From: a virus
Taxonomy: Duplodnaviria > Heunggongvirae > Uroviricota > Caudoviricetes
Strand: one strand, 5' to 3'
Length of the DNA: 47,051 bases
Virus record (IMG/VR): IMGVR_UViG_3300047159_000049
Shown: piece by piece, positions 34,572 to 43,257 of the stretch
Layout: every line of letters starts with the position of its first letter
How positions within the stretch are numbered: the stretch's first letter is position 1
The notes under the pieces: generated by a model
The model's database searches: none
Seen by the model: only the letters and a program-made list of their open reading frames with translations
What the model was told of the DNA's origin: nothing
Made by a program: the position numbers and the translations under genes

Positions 34572-34892
34572 ATGTCACTTCTAAGAAAAGGCGATAAGAT
34601 CGAAGGATACGCCGTATCAGGAATAGACGGCTATTCCGGCCACTACACGCTGTCGTCCCCGGATGGGACGGCGGAGACGATCAGCGGATATTCCCTGACG
34701 CGGATCCTGGATGGCCAGACGACTCTCAAAGCCGTGCTGGCCAACAAGAGACGCCATAGGGGAAAGCCGATCGGATACGTTTACCGAAAGAAAAAGCTTA
34801 AGAAGCAGATCCTTGAGAACCTCAAGGACGCATATCCGACGTCGCCGTGCAAAGAAGATCTGAGCTCGCTCATAATGCAGCTCGAAATCTAA
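34572..34892 (+). CDS. Hypothetical protein, C-terminal tag family (SSLIMQLEI)
   Basis: Start moved to ATG 34572 (MSLLRKG) to avoid overlap with the upstream gene. Confidence 0.7.
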   Translation: MSLLRKGDKIEGYAVSGIDGYSGHYTLSSPDGTAETISGYSLTRILDGQTTLKAVLANKRRHRGKPIGYVYRKKKLKKQILENLKDAYPTSPCKEDLSSLIMQLEI

Positions 34893-34907
34893 AGAAAGGA
34901 GCGCCGC

Positions 34908-35501
34908 ATGGACGCAAATCTAAAAATCAGAAATCTTGTCAACAACTCAGACTTGCTCAAAAACGAAAGCACGACCGAAGACAAGATAACCAAAGCCGCC
35001 ACCAGCGGAAGATATTCCGCATGGGGCATCATCAGAATGTACAGGGGATTCGTAGACCCCGGATCGAGCAGCCCATACACCAGAGTAATCTCAAGCGTGG
35101 CGTTAATCCCGGCGTATCCTAAGAACGTCGGAGATCCCAAGATCGGAAGCAAGCGCGTCGTATGCTTCTCGCACTCAGTATCCGGATTAAGCGAAGCCGG
35201 AAGATTCATATCGGAGATCAACCGATCGAAGAACCTCAAACGCGTCATGACATTCAGAGGCGAGGACGCGCAAGTTAGAAGCCTAAGTTTCGTCTGCTTT
35301 CTCGCGTGCACCGACGCTGACATAGCCGATGGCTTGGACATCGTCAAGGAAAACAACAAAGCCGTTTTCATGCTCGGAAGCGCAGTCATGCTGCGAGTTC
35401 CGATCATCGATGCGGAGCAAGGCATCAAAAGCGTCTGCGACGCCATCGAGAAACTAAACAAGCCCAGAGCCGACAGCATACGGACGAATCTGAAAATTTA
35501 A
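34908..35501 (+). CDS. Hypothetical protein, C-terminal tag family (DSIRTNLKI)
   Basis: AAAGGAG RBS. Confidence 0.8.
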   Translation: MDANLKIRNLVNNSDLLKNESTTEDKITKAATSGRYSAWGIIRMYRGFVDPGSSSPYTRVISSVALIPAYPKNVGDPKIGSKRVVCFSHSVSGLSEAGRFISEINRSKNLKRVMTFRGEDAQVRSLSFVCFLACTDADIADGLDIVKENNKAVFMLGSAVMLRVPIIDAEQGIKSVCDAIEKLNKPRADSIRTNLKI

Positions 35502-35528
35502 AAATAATCCCATCGCGGGATAGAAAGG

Positions 35529-36356
35529 ATGGCATTTATGCTATTCAAAAGAAAAGAACGAGTTCTAGACGATCTTGAATCCGAAGTCGAAAGATGCGTC
35601 GACAAAGACATCCATCATCTCGTCGAAATCAACAACGACAGCGCGGCCTACTCCATTTTCAGCATCGTCTTCAAAGGATTGCAGCGCTCTGCGATCTACT
35701 CGTTGCCAGACAGCGTCGCCAATATGGATGTCTACGACGCGAAGCGCTATGCCGCCATGGACAGATACTTCAAGTCCGGCAAATTCAGACGCCATGCGTA
35801 TAAGATACTCTTCAAGGCCAACCGGACGCAGCACGGATGCAGCTTTCCTGACGACATCGAAAAAGCCTACGACTCAATAGAGGTCTTGAAAAAGCCCAAG
35901 TACGCCAAAGACTTCTATATGCTGTACTGCTATCGCGAGCGCGTCGAGATCGAAACGAGATTGTACAACGCGATGTGCGCGGCTCAGGCCGCGCTCCTCA
36001 TCACTTATGGATCAGCCATCGTCAGGCAATCCAAAGAAAACGGCGATCGCGCAAGCGAGGAAAGCATCGCAAACAGCGTGTCTGAGACAGCCAAGACGGC
36101 AAAAGCATTCGAAGGCGAGAAGCTGTTTTGCCAAGCAGACACCATCCTGATCTCCGACGCCGAGCTTCTGGCGTTCGTCAAAGCGACCAAGATCGCCGTC
36201 GACATCATCATCAAAGACGACCTCAAGACAAGCGGAAAGGCCGGGGTCAATAAGATCCTGGCGGCCCTCAGAGACAACATCGAAAAAGGTATCGCCGAAT
36301 CCAAAGCCGCCGTCAAAGCCAAAGCCGACTCGGCTGTCGTCGACCAATCCATATGA
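35529..36356 (+). CDS. Hypothetical protein, C-terminal tag family (DSAVVDQSI)
   Basis: AAAGGA RBS; start could be 35538. Confidence 0.8.
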   Translation: MAFMLFKRKERVLDDLESEVERCVDKDIHHLVEINNDSAAYSIFSIVFKGLQRSAIYSLPDSVANMDVYDAKRYAAMDRYFKSGKFRRHAYKILFKANRTQHGCSFPDDIEKAYDSIEVLKKPKYAKDFYMLYCYRERVEIETRLYNAMCAAQAALLITYGSAIVRQSKENGDRASEESIANSVSETAKTAKAFEGEKLFCQADTILISDAELLAFVKATKIAVDIIIKDDLKTSGKAGVNKILAALRDNIEKGIAESKAAVKAKADSAVVDQSI

Positions 36357-37006
36357 CAGCGAAGAAACCAGCCAATAGCGATTATGGGCTGTCATACGAC
36401 GCCATCAGCCAAGGAGCCAAGCGCTCAATCCAGAGCGTGATATACTCCTCGAACTTCGTCATCCTCAAAGAAGACGAAAACTCAGCCGTCAAAGTAAGGC
36501 GCGACAGAAAGACGGGCCTCGTAACGCACGTCTATCTGAAACGCCCGACGATCTGCCGGATCATCATGTTCAGCGAAGATCCGTCATCCCACAGCCGCAG
36601 AATCATCACAGCCAGCGTCAAGGCGCCTGAGATGGACGGCATCCTTGAAAGCGCTCCGCAAAGCTATGCGGTCGCATTCAATGAGAAATTCTTCACAAGC
36701 GCCGTATCCGAGCACGACAACGATTTCGACGGAGGCGTCCGCCAAGCCATCATCATCAAGAAAAGCTCGCTCAGGCATCTCGCGCTGATCGAGGGAACGG
36801 ATCTGCCGACAAATGAGATGCGGGTCATCTATGACGAAAAGATCTGCCTCTTCACCTATGGCGAATTCGGATTCTGCATCAGCAGCGTGAGAGCCGCCAA
36901 CGCGTCGTTCCTAAGAACCTTCGCGAAATACGACGACCCGATCAAAGCCGAGAAGATGCGAAGCGCCATCAGCGCAGAAGCCCTGCCGGAGGATTTTAAA
37001 ATTTAA
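36353..37006 (+). CDS. Hypothetical protein, C-terminal tag family (EALPEDFKI, divergent)
   Basis: ATGA overlap with the upstream gene; last gene of the tagged block. Confidence 0.8.
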   Translation: MTAKKPANSDYGLSYDAISQGAKRSIQSVIYSSNFVILKEDENSAVKVRRDRKTGLVTHVYLKRPTICRIIMFSEDPSSHSRRIITASVKAPEMDGILESAPQSYAVAFNEKFFTSAVSEHDNDFDGGVRQAIIIKKSSLRHLALIEGTDLPTNEMRVIYDEKICLFTYGEFGFCISSVRAANASFLRTFAKYDDPIKAEKMRSAISAEALPEDFKI

Positions 37007-37101
37007 TTCCCCGGACAGGCATGCATCATCAAGATGAGGCAGGAACGACAAGTCGCCCTGCCTCTTTCCGCCAACGCTACGGAAGAAAGGAGGCCAGCAT
37101 C
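37007..37101 (+). promoter_or_regulatory. Structured intergenic leader (two hairpins; attenuator/terminator-like)
   Basis: GAGGCAGG...CCTGCCTC (37036-37064) and TTCCG...CGGAA (37066-37084), directly before an AGGAGG RBS. Confidence 0.45.
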
Positions 37102-37524
37102 ATGGCCGAAGACAGAAAAAGCTTCTACGCGCCCAACGAGTTCAACCTCGATCGGGAGCAGGAAGGCATCATGACCATCATCTCGCACTGCAACCTCGCC
37201 GAGACGCTCAAGGCATTCCGCGACATCACCTACGATCAGGTGTCCTATTTCGGAGACGACGCCAAAGGAGTCATCTACAACGGGAAATACAGCGACGAGC
37301 AGATCGATCAGGCGACAAAGCTCCAGAGAACCATCTCCGGGGCGGCCGACATGCTCGGGCAGATCATCCTGAACGGGATGACGTTCGACGAAGGCTACGC
37401 CAAGATGAGGATCTATTCGGAAGAGACGGCAAGCGAGTACGCCTCCGAGAACGAGCGGCTCAAAAAAGAAGTCGCGAACCTCAACGCCGAAATCAAAGAC
37501 CTCAAAGACAAATACGGGGTCTAA
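37102..37524 (+). CDS. Hypothetical protein with a C-terminal coiled coil
   Basis: AGGAGG RBS supports ATG 37102 (MAEDRK). Confidence 0.75.
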   Translation: MAEDRKSFYAPNEFNLDREQEGIMTIISHCNLAETLKAFRDITYDQVSYFGDDAKGVIYNGKYSDEQIDQATKLQRTISGAADMLGQIILNGMTFDEGYAKMRIYSEETASEYASENERLKKEVANLNAEIKDLKDKYGV

Positions 37525-37537
37525 GGAGAAAACATCT

Positions 37538-37636
37538 ATGAGCAAAAAAGAAACAAAGCCGGAAGAAACTTCTGCTAAAGCAGCTGAAAACAAACCGGAG
37601 CCAACTAAAAAGCCGAAAGCCGATAAAAAGCCATGA
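37538..37636 (+). CDS. Very small Lys/Glu/Pro-rich protein (32 aa)
   Basis: AAGGAG RBS; MSKKETKPEETSAKAAENKPEPTKKPKADKKP; below the ORF-track cutoff. Confidence 0.5.
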   Translation: MSKKETKPEETSAKAAENKPEPTKKPKADKKP

Positions 37637-37779
37637 CGCGCTATTACAAGCTCATGGTATTGACCAACGGCAGATGGAAGACCAACTCCAGAAGCCTGCC
37701 CATCGGCGACGCCAAAGCCCTGAAAGGACTCTGCGACGCCGCCGGGGTGACGACGAAGATCAAAGAAGACAAGAAGTGA
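37633..37779 (+). CDS. Small hypothetical protein (48 aa)
   Basis: ATGA-coupled to the previous ORF; MTRYYKLMVLTNGRWKTNSRSLPIGDAKALKGLCDAAGVTTKIKEDKK. Confidence 0.55.
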   Translation: MTRYYKLMVLTNGRWKTNSRSLPIGDAKALKGLCDAAGVTTKIKEDKK

Positions 37780-37814
37780 TTTCCGACAACAACCAAAAGG
37801 AGGCACAGTTGCCT

Positions 37815-38183
37815 ATGAACACCGAATTAGACGAATTCTTTGGCGAATTCTTAGCCATCGCCAAAGTCGATATCGAACGACAAAGGATCCACGCGATCCG
37901 AGATGGCATCAAGTCAAGATCGCCAAGAACCTACACCATCATGCTGATGCTCGAATCGATGGGCGCCAAAGGCGTCGTCGCCAAAGCCATCAGCGGTCTG
38001 AAACCCGGAAAGATATCGGCCCGCAAGTGCGCCAAACTGAATATGGCTCTTTCCAAAGAGCTCAAAACACGCGAGAAATCGTTCTTGGCATGGGCCGACT
38101 CAGGCCAGCTGAACGAAAACGATCTGCTCCTCCTGGCCGCAGATATCAACTACAAAGCGCCGCTGATCGAAAATAAAAAATAA
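37815..38183 (+). CDS. Hypothetical protein
   Basis: AGGAGG RBS supports ATG 37815. Confidence 0.7.
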   Translation: MNTELDEFFGEFLAIAKVDIERQRIHAIRDGIKSRSPRTYTIMLMLESMGAKGVVAKAISGLKPGKISARKCAKLNMALSKELKTREKSFLAWADSGQLNENDLLLLAADINYKAPLIENKK

Positions 38184-38211
38184 ATCCCTTTAAGGGACAA
38201 GGAGAATCATT

Positions 38212-38739
38212 ATGGCAAACGACAATAGCGTCAGGCTCGGCAAGAAAGAGCTGCTCAGCCTCAAATCAAAAGGCCGCAGCGAAGACTACAATCAGGCGAT
38301 CGACGATGCCATCGACCTCATCGGAAAGATGGAGCAGGACATCGCCGACAAGAAAGCCAAGGCAGCCGCAGCCGCGGCAGCCAGAAAAGCAGCCGCCATC
38401 GCAGGCCGCGGATCGGACGCCCCGGATATCTACGACGATCTCCTCGACATCGAGGAGCGCAACGGCTCCGGGCGGCCCCTTCAATTCGACGTCGTCTTCG
38501 GATGCAACATCGAGGACGTCGGCACCAGCAGATACTATGAGAAAGACAGCGTCGATTTAATCCCGACGATCGAGAAAGCCATGGACGCGTTCTATGACTT
38601 CGTCGCCAAATACGGAAAGCAGGCCGTCAATGGCATGCGCGTCGTTCTGGAAGACTGCAACGAATACGACGAGATCACGATCGTCGCCGAATACTCCGAC
38701 GGAAAGCTCAAAACGGAGTGCGGCACGTTCTATTGCTAG
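38212..38739 (+). CDS. Hypothetical protein
   Basis: AAGGAG RBS. Confidence 0.8.
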   Translation: MANDNSVRLGKKELLSLKSKGRSEDYNQAIDDAIDLIGKMEQDIADKKAKAAAAAAARKAAAIAGRGSDAPDIYDDLLDIEERNGSGRPLQFDVVFGCNIEDVGTSRYYEKDSVDLIPTIEKAMDAFYDFVAKYGKQAVNGMRVVLEDCNEYDEITIVAEYSDGKLKTECGTFYC

Positions 38740-38784
38740 CCGTAAATAAAAAATAAATCCCTTTAAGGGATTGGAGGCATCAAT

Positions 38785-39633
38785 ATGCTTAAGCTAGAAG
38801 ACTGCATCAAAGGATTCGAGAACGACAAAGTCGAAATCGATAAAAAAGAAGCCGTCGAGAAAGGATGCTACGAACTAAAAACCATCATTCCCGGCGACCC
38901 GCTATTCGCTGAGGCTTCCAGCATTCTCAGCCCGATACTCGGAAGCATCCCGCAAATCACTCTTTCGTTCTGCCTGCGCGAAGACACATCCTATCTCGAG
39001 AACGGCAAAATCGACACCTATGCCGAAATCGGCTTCGACGGGCTCAAAATCAAGACAAGCGCCGACCAGAACGCAGTCAAAATCCACGACTACGAAGGCT
39101 ACGCGAAGAACTCCGCTTTCACAAAGGCGCTCGACGACGCATACGCAAGCATCATCGCCTTGTTCAACAAAGGGCTTGCCACTCCGATATACGCCAAGCC
39201 AAACCCGATGTTCTTCGATTCGATGCGCATTTCGGCTTGCTACGATTCGGCCAACAAAGGCGCGGCCGCCATCAGCAAGATCGAAGTCAGCCTGATCCAA
39301 ATCGGGGCCGCGATCAGCAGATACGTCCTCATCCCACATATCAAAGGCGAGATCGGCCCGGCTCTCACGGCCGATGTCGTGACAGACAAGAACGGATACG
39401 TCCTCTTTGAGAACCTACACAGCAATCTGCCAAACTGCATCGGCAACATCGACATCGAGTTCTTCGCCGACGTCAAGCACGTCAGAGTCGATCCGGTCAT
39501 CCCAGCCAGCAAAGCCCGCACCTTATCGGACATCAAAGACGAATACCTGAAATACATCGAAAGCGTGCAGGCCGTCATCAGCTCTTTGATGACAGACGAT
39601 CCGAAGAAACAATCCGCCAAGAAGAAGAAATGA
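38785..39633 (+). CDS. Hypothetical protein
   Basis: GGAGG RBS. Confidence 0.8.
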   Translation: MLKLEDCIKGFENDKVEIDKKEAVEKGCYELKTIIPGDPLFAEASSILSPILGSIPQITLSFCLREDTSYLENGKIDTYAEIGFDGLKIKTSADQNAVKIHDYEGYAKNSAFTKALDDAYASIIALFNKGLATPIYAKPNPMFFDSMRISACYDSANKGAAAISKIEVSLIQIGAAISRYVLIPHIKGEIGPALTADVVTDKNGYVLFENLHSNLPNCIGNIDIEFFADVKHVRVDPVIPASKARTLSDIKDEYLKYIESVQAVISSLMTDDPKKQSAKKKK

Positions 39634-39662
39634 AACCCATAAGGGGAAAGGAATACACATTT

Positions 39663-40238
39663 ATGAACCAAGCCGCAAAATCAGAAGTCGATCCCGGGCT
39701 CAAAGGATCGGCCGACGCCTATCGAGCCATGCTGCTCTCCGGAGTCCAATCCGAGCCGCTCAGCCGCAAGCCGATCTCCAAAGAGGACCTCGACGCCGCG
39801 ACCCTGAAGCTCGCCGAAGAAAACCATGAGTCCTGGCGCGCAGCCAAGGCAGCCCATGGCTGGAAGTACGGGCCCGAATCCGACAAAGACAAGAAGACCA
39901 ATCCGTATCTCGTCGATTTCGACAAGCTGCCCGACGAAGTCCGCCAGAGCAACATCGACGCGGTCTCCGGCATCGTCTCCATCATGGCCAAGCTCGGCCT
40001 CGGCTTCTGCAAGAAAGACGACCTTCTCAGCAGCATCGCCGCCACCATCCACGACAACTGGTCGCTGGGCAAGATCAAAGCCGGCTGGTCTTACGGGCCG
40101 GACCGCGACGACGCGAAGAAGATCCATCCGGATCTCCTGCCGTTCGATCTCCTCACCGACGAGGACAAATCATACGACATCGAAACCGCCAGGGGCATCC
40201 TCGACGGATTCTGGGACATGGGCTATACGACAGCCTGA
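39663..40238 (+). CDS. Tandem RyR-domain protein
   Basis: Two copies of LA...H..W...K...GW.YGP..D..KK.hP.L.pFD.L (LAEENHESWRAAKAAHGWKYGPESDKDKKTNPYLVDFDKL; IAATIHDNWSLGKIKAGWSYGPDRDDAKKIHPDLLPFDLL). Confidence 0.85.
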   Translation: MNQAAKSEVDPGLKGSADAYRAMLLSGVQSEPLSRKPISKEDLDAATLKLAEENHESWRAAKAAHGWKYGPESDKDKKTNPYLVDFDKLPDEVRQSNIDAVSGIVSIMAKLGLGFCKKDDLLSSIAATIHDNWSLGKIKAGWSYGPDRDDAKKIHPDLLPFDLLTDEDKSYDIETARGILDGFWDMGYTTA

Positions 40239-40288
40239 TCCCAAGGAAATAAAAAATAAAATCCCCGACCGGGGACAGGAGGAACGAT

Positions 40289-40585
40289 ATGCCAGAGGAA
40301 GAGCTCGACGCGCTTGAGCAGGAGGAGATCCGAGACGAGCGCACCTTCCGATACGCCATGCTTTTGGGATTCGCCGTCTTCGTCATCATGCTCGCCATGG
40401 CCGTCGCGCTGTCCGTCTCCGGATGGTGGGAAGGCATCGGCCTGCCGATCGCCGGCCCGGTCATGTCCGGGCTGATGAGCGCCGCCGGATTGGCGGCCGG
40501 GATAGTCGGAGCGAGCGGCCTGGCTTTATGCCACCGCGAGAAAAGCCTTATCGACAAGGCCAGAGAGGAGCTAAACAGCCAATGA
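40289..40585 (+). CDS. Small membrane protein (2 TM segments)
   Basis: AGGAGG RBS; two hydrophobic stretches. Confidence 0.7.
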   Translation: MPEEELDALEQEEIRDERTFRYAMLLGFAVFVIMLAMAVALSVSGWWEGIGLPIAGPVMSGLMSAAGLAAGIVGASGLALCHREKSLIDKAREELNSQ

Positions 40586-40962
40586 GCGAAAATTCAAAGC
40601 CAGACCCATTCAAGTCCGGCAAAGTCTATGCCGTCTCCATCAAAGTCAGCGCGATCGTCAGGGTCAGGGCGCCGTCCGCGGCATCAGCCGAGGAAACCGT
40701 CAGGAAAGCCCTGTCAGGCGCGGTCAGCAACCGCGTCGACGATCCCTACAGCTATTACACATGCCTGGAAGACGAATCCGATCTCAAGCTGATCCAGGAA
40801 GTCGTGTCCGGAAACGTCGAGGTCATCGGGTCGTCCCCGTATGGCCCATACGCGAAGCCGCCGGCAAACGAAGTCGTCTACGTCTCTGACGGCGAGCGCC
40901 TAGTCGGGCAAGTCGGCATCCGCAAAAACGACGGAAGCCTGGACCCATCGGTCAAGAGGTAA
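40582..40962 (+). CDS. Hypothetical protein
   Basis: ATGA-coupled start 40582 (MSENSK) preferred over 40423. Confidence 0.7.
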   Translation: MSENSKPDPFKSGKVYAVSIKVSAIVRVRAPSAASAEETVRKALSGAVSNRVDDPYSYYTCLEDESDLKLIQEVVSGNVEVIGSSPYGPYAKPPANEVVYVSDGERLVGQVGIRKNDGSLDPSVKR

Positions 40963-40967
40963 TCTTT

Positions 40968-41300
40968 ATGAATGATTACGATTTCGCCAAAGCGGCCATC
41001 GCCAAGGGCATGAACCCGGCTTTCGTCCTCGTCAGAGGCGAGAGCGGGAAATGGTATCTCACCTTCGTCAGCGGAGACGTCGTCAATTTCGACGGAAGCG
41101 ACCATCACCTCGAGGCCCGCGGGCAGGCTTGGTCGACAGACCCGGACTCCTACGGCCGCGACGGAAGCGATCTCGTCCCGACGTTCCATCAGGGAGCCCA
41201 TATCTATCAGCTCCGGCGGTCCAATTACGGGACTGAGTGGAAGGAGTGCCCTTCCGTGTCGGCGATCAAAGCCAACAACTACAACATTCTGGGGGAATGA
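40968..41300 (+). CDS. Hypothetical protein
   Basis: GAGG RBS. Confidence 0.7.
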   Translation: MNDYDFAKAAIAKGMNPAFVLVRGESGKWYLTFVSGDVVNFDGSDHHLEARGQAWSTDPDSYGRDGSDLVPTFHQGAHIYQLRRSNYGTEWKECPSVSAIKANNYNILGE

Positions 41301-41422
41301 CCATGGCAGTCAGCATCCAAATCCCGCAATTCCGGGAAAAAAATAAAAAATACGTTTCGCCGAAGCAGCGCAAGAAGATCATCGCCAGGGCCGCCGGAGT
41401 CCCCAGGCCGGGGATATTCTGA
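41297..41422 (+). CDS. Small basic hypothetical protein
   Basis: ATGA-coupled; M(TM)AVSIQIPQFREKNKKYVSPKQRKKIIARAAGVPRPGIF. Confidence 0.45.
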   Translation: MTMAVSIQIPQFREKNKKYVSPKQRKKIIARAAGVPRPGIF

Positions 41423-41449
41423 GCGATCCGATAGGAGGCGCATATCTAT

Positions 41450-41794
41450 ATGAAGTACAAACTGAAAGACGGCATCGACCACAGCGTCCTCAAGGACTAC
41501 GGATTCGTCCGCCTCAAGACCAAAAACAACAAGTCAGGCGACGTCTGCTACGTCAAGCCTCTCGCGTCATACACCACCGACGCGCTGATCGACACCTATT
41601 ACGGCATCTGCGTCAACGCCACCGGAGACCGGATCTTCTACAAGACGAAGAACACCGGGATCATGGGGCATGCGCCTTTCGAAGGCGAGACGCGCCCGAT
41701 CGGCTTCTTCACCAAGCTCGTCATCAAAGACCTCATCAAAGACGGGGTCGCCGTCAGATGCCGCAAAGAGGATCTCCCCGATGTACGTCATTAG
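41450..41794 (+). CDS. Hypothetical protein, paralog A
   Basis: AGGAGG RBS; ends FFTKLVIKDLIKDGVAVRCRKED. Confidence 0.75.
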   Translation: MKYKLKDGIDHSVLKDYGFVRLKTKNNKSGDVCYVKPLASYTTDALIDTYYGICVNATGDRIFYKTKNTGIMGHAPFEGETRPIGFFTKLVIKDLIKDGVAVRCRKEDLPDVRH

Positions 41795-42098
41795 GCCAGA
41801 CGTCACCGTGGCCGACATGAAGAGGCTCGGATTCTCGGTGACGTCGGCCAAGGCGACGAAATCGTCGTCGCACGTCATCATGTCGAGAAGATCCGAATAC
41901 GATGGATTCCGCGACGCATACGTCGACATGGCGGGAAGCCGCGCCGTACTATGCCGGAAGGAAACGTGCCTCATGGGAGACCCGAGGCCGGTCATCTCCT
42001 GGTCTGGATACGTCGGATTCTTCAGCAGGATCGTCATCAAAGACCTCATCAAGGCAGGCATCGCCGTAAGATGCAGAAAGAAGGACATACGGGAATGA
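41781..42098 (+). CDS. Hypothetical protein, paralog B
   Basis: Ends FFSRIVIKDLIKAGIAVRCRKKD; the N-terminus MYVIRPDVTVADMKRLGF aligns with paralog A. Confidence 0.75.
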   Translation: MYVIRPDVTVADMKRLGFSVTSAKATKSSSHVIMSRRSEYDGFRDAYVDMAGSRAVLCRKETCLMGDPRPVISWSGYVGFFSRIVIKDLIKAGIAVRCRKKDIRE

Positions 42099-42727
42099 GC
42101 AAATCAAGCTTCGCCAAGCGCTTATTCGGCCATCTGAGAACAGTGACCAGGCACCGGCGATACGTCAGGAAGGCATGCTTCGGCATGCTGATCCCCTGGC
42201 GCGGTCTGAAGCACGACCTTTCGAAATTCAGCCCGGTCGAGTTCTGGGCCGGGGTCAGATACTACACCGGGACCAAAAGCCCGATCGACGCCGAGAAGGA
42301 CGCCAACGGAGGCGTCTCATACGGCTGGGCCCACCACCGAGGCCACAACGACCATCATTGGGAGTATTGGGTCGACTGGAACCAGAAAGACGCATCCAAC
42401 AAGCCGATGCCGTACGGAGTCAAGATGCCGTACGACGCCGTGATCGAGATGCTGTGCGATTTCATCGGGGCCGGGAAAGCCTACAACCCGAAGGGATGGA
42501 ACCCCAAGGACGAGCTGGCCTACTTCCTCGACAAAGCGCCGCATCGAATCTACAACGAAGAGACGTACTGCCTCTTCCTGCATCTGCTCAAGACGCTCGC
42601 CTCGCTCAACGACGAGAAGGCGTTCTTCGCATGGTACAGGATATGCCATAAGACGATCCGGGAAGGCTACGAGTCCGGAAGCGGATTCTCCGAAGCCCCG
42701 GAGGAAACGGGAGGCGATCTCGGATGA
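42095..42727 (+). CDS. DUF5662-family (HD-like) protein
   Basis: HLRTVTRHR...KHDLSKFSPVEF...YYTGTKSP...WAHHRGHNDHHWEYW...MPYDAVIEMLCDFIGAGKAY. Confidence 0.8.
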   Translation: MSKSSFAKRLFGHLRTVTRHRRYVRKACFGMLIPWRGLKHDLSKFSPVEFWAGVRYYTGTKSPIDAEKDANGGVSYGWAHHRGHNDHHWEYWVDWNQKDASNKPMPYGVKMPYDAVIEMLCDFIGAGKAYNPKGWNPKDELAYFLDKAPHRIYNEETYCLFLHLLKTLASLNDEKAFFAWYRICHKTIREGYESGSGFSEAPEETGGDLG

Positions 42728-43257
42728 AAGACGAAAACGATGCGCCGGCAGCAAAGCGCGCCTATCACGTCGGGATGTTCGGCGGCAAATTCATGCCGCT
42801 TCACAAAGGGCATCTCTACTGCATCGACGTCGGGTCTTCCCAATGCGACATCCTATACGTCATCCTCTTCTCCAACGGGGATCAGGAGACGCGCATCCTG
42901 GAAGGCTCATCCGCATCCGACAAACTGTATCTGTCAGTCGAAAGCCGAACCGCCGTCATCAAAGAGGTGTGCGGCCGGTATCCCAACGTCCGGTTCATCA
43001 TCATCGACGTGGCCAAATGCCGCCATGCCGACGGATCCGAGGATTGGGACGCCGAGACCCCGCTCGTCCTGGAGAAGTGCGGGCATCTCGATTCGGTCTA
43101 CAGCAGCGAGCCGTCATACGACTCTTATTTCAAGAGGGCGTATCCCGGGGCGCAGCATGTCATCGTGGACGCCAAGCGCCTGCGGTATCCGATCAGCGGA
43201 ACGATGATCCGCAATATGAAAACATTGGAGGAAAAACAAAAATGGATAGTCAAGTGA
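42724..43257 (+). CDS. nadR: NadR-type NMN adenylyltransferase (cytidylyltransferase-like) domain, without the kinase domain
   Basis: HIGH-type motif FGGKFMPLHKGH; EDWDAETPLV; YSSEPSY; ISGTMIR; directly upstream of pnuC. Confidence 0.75.
   Translation: MKDENDAPAAKRAYHVGMFGGKFMPLHKGHLYCIDVGSSQCDILYVILFSNGDQETRILEGSSASDKLYLSVESRTAVIKEVCGRYPNVRFIIIDVAKCRHADGSEDWDAETPLVLEKCGHLDSVYSSEPSYDSYFKRAYPGAQHVIVDAKRLRYPISGTMIRNMKTLEEKQKWIVK

Noticed and set aside
42724-43257. Full trifunctional NadR
   Set aside because: Only the adenylyltransferase domain is present (177 aa); no HTH and no P-loop kinase.
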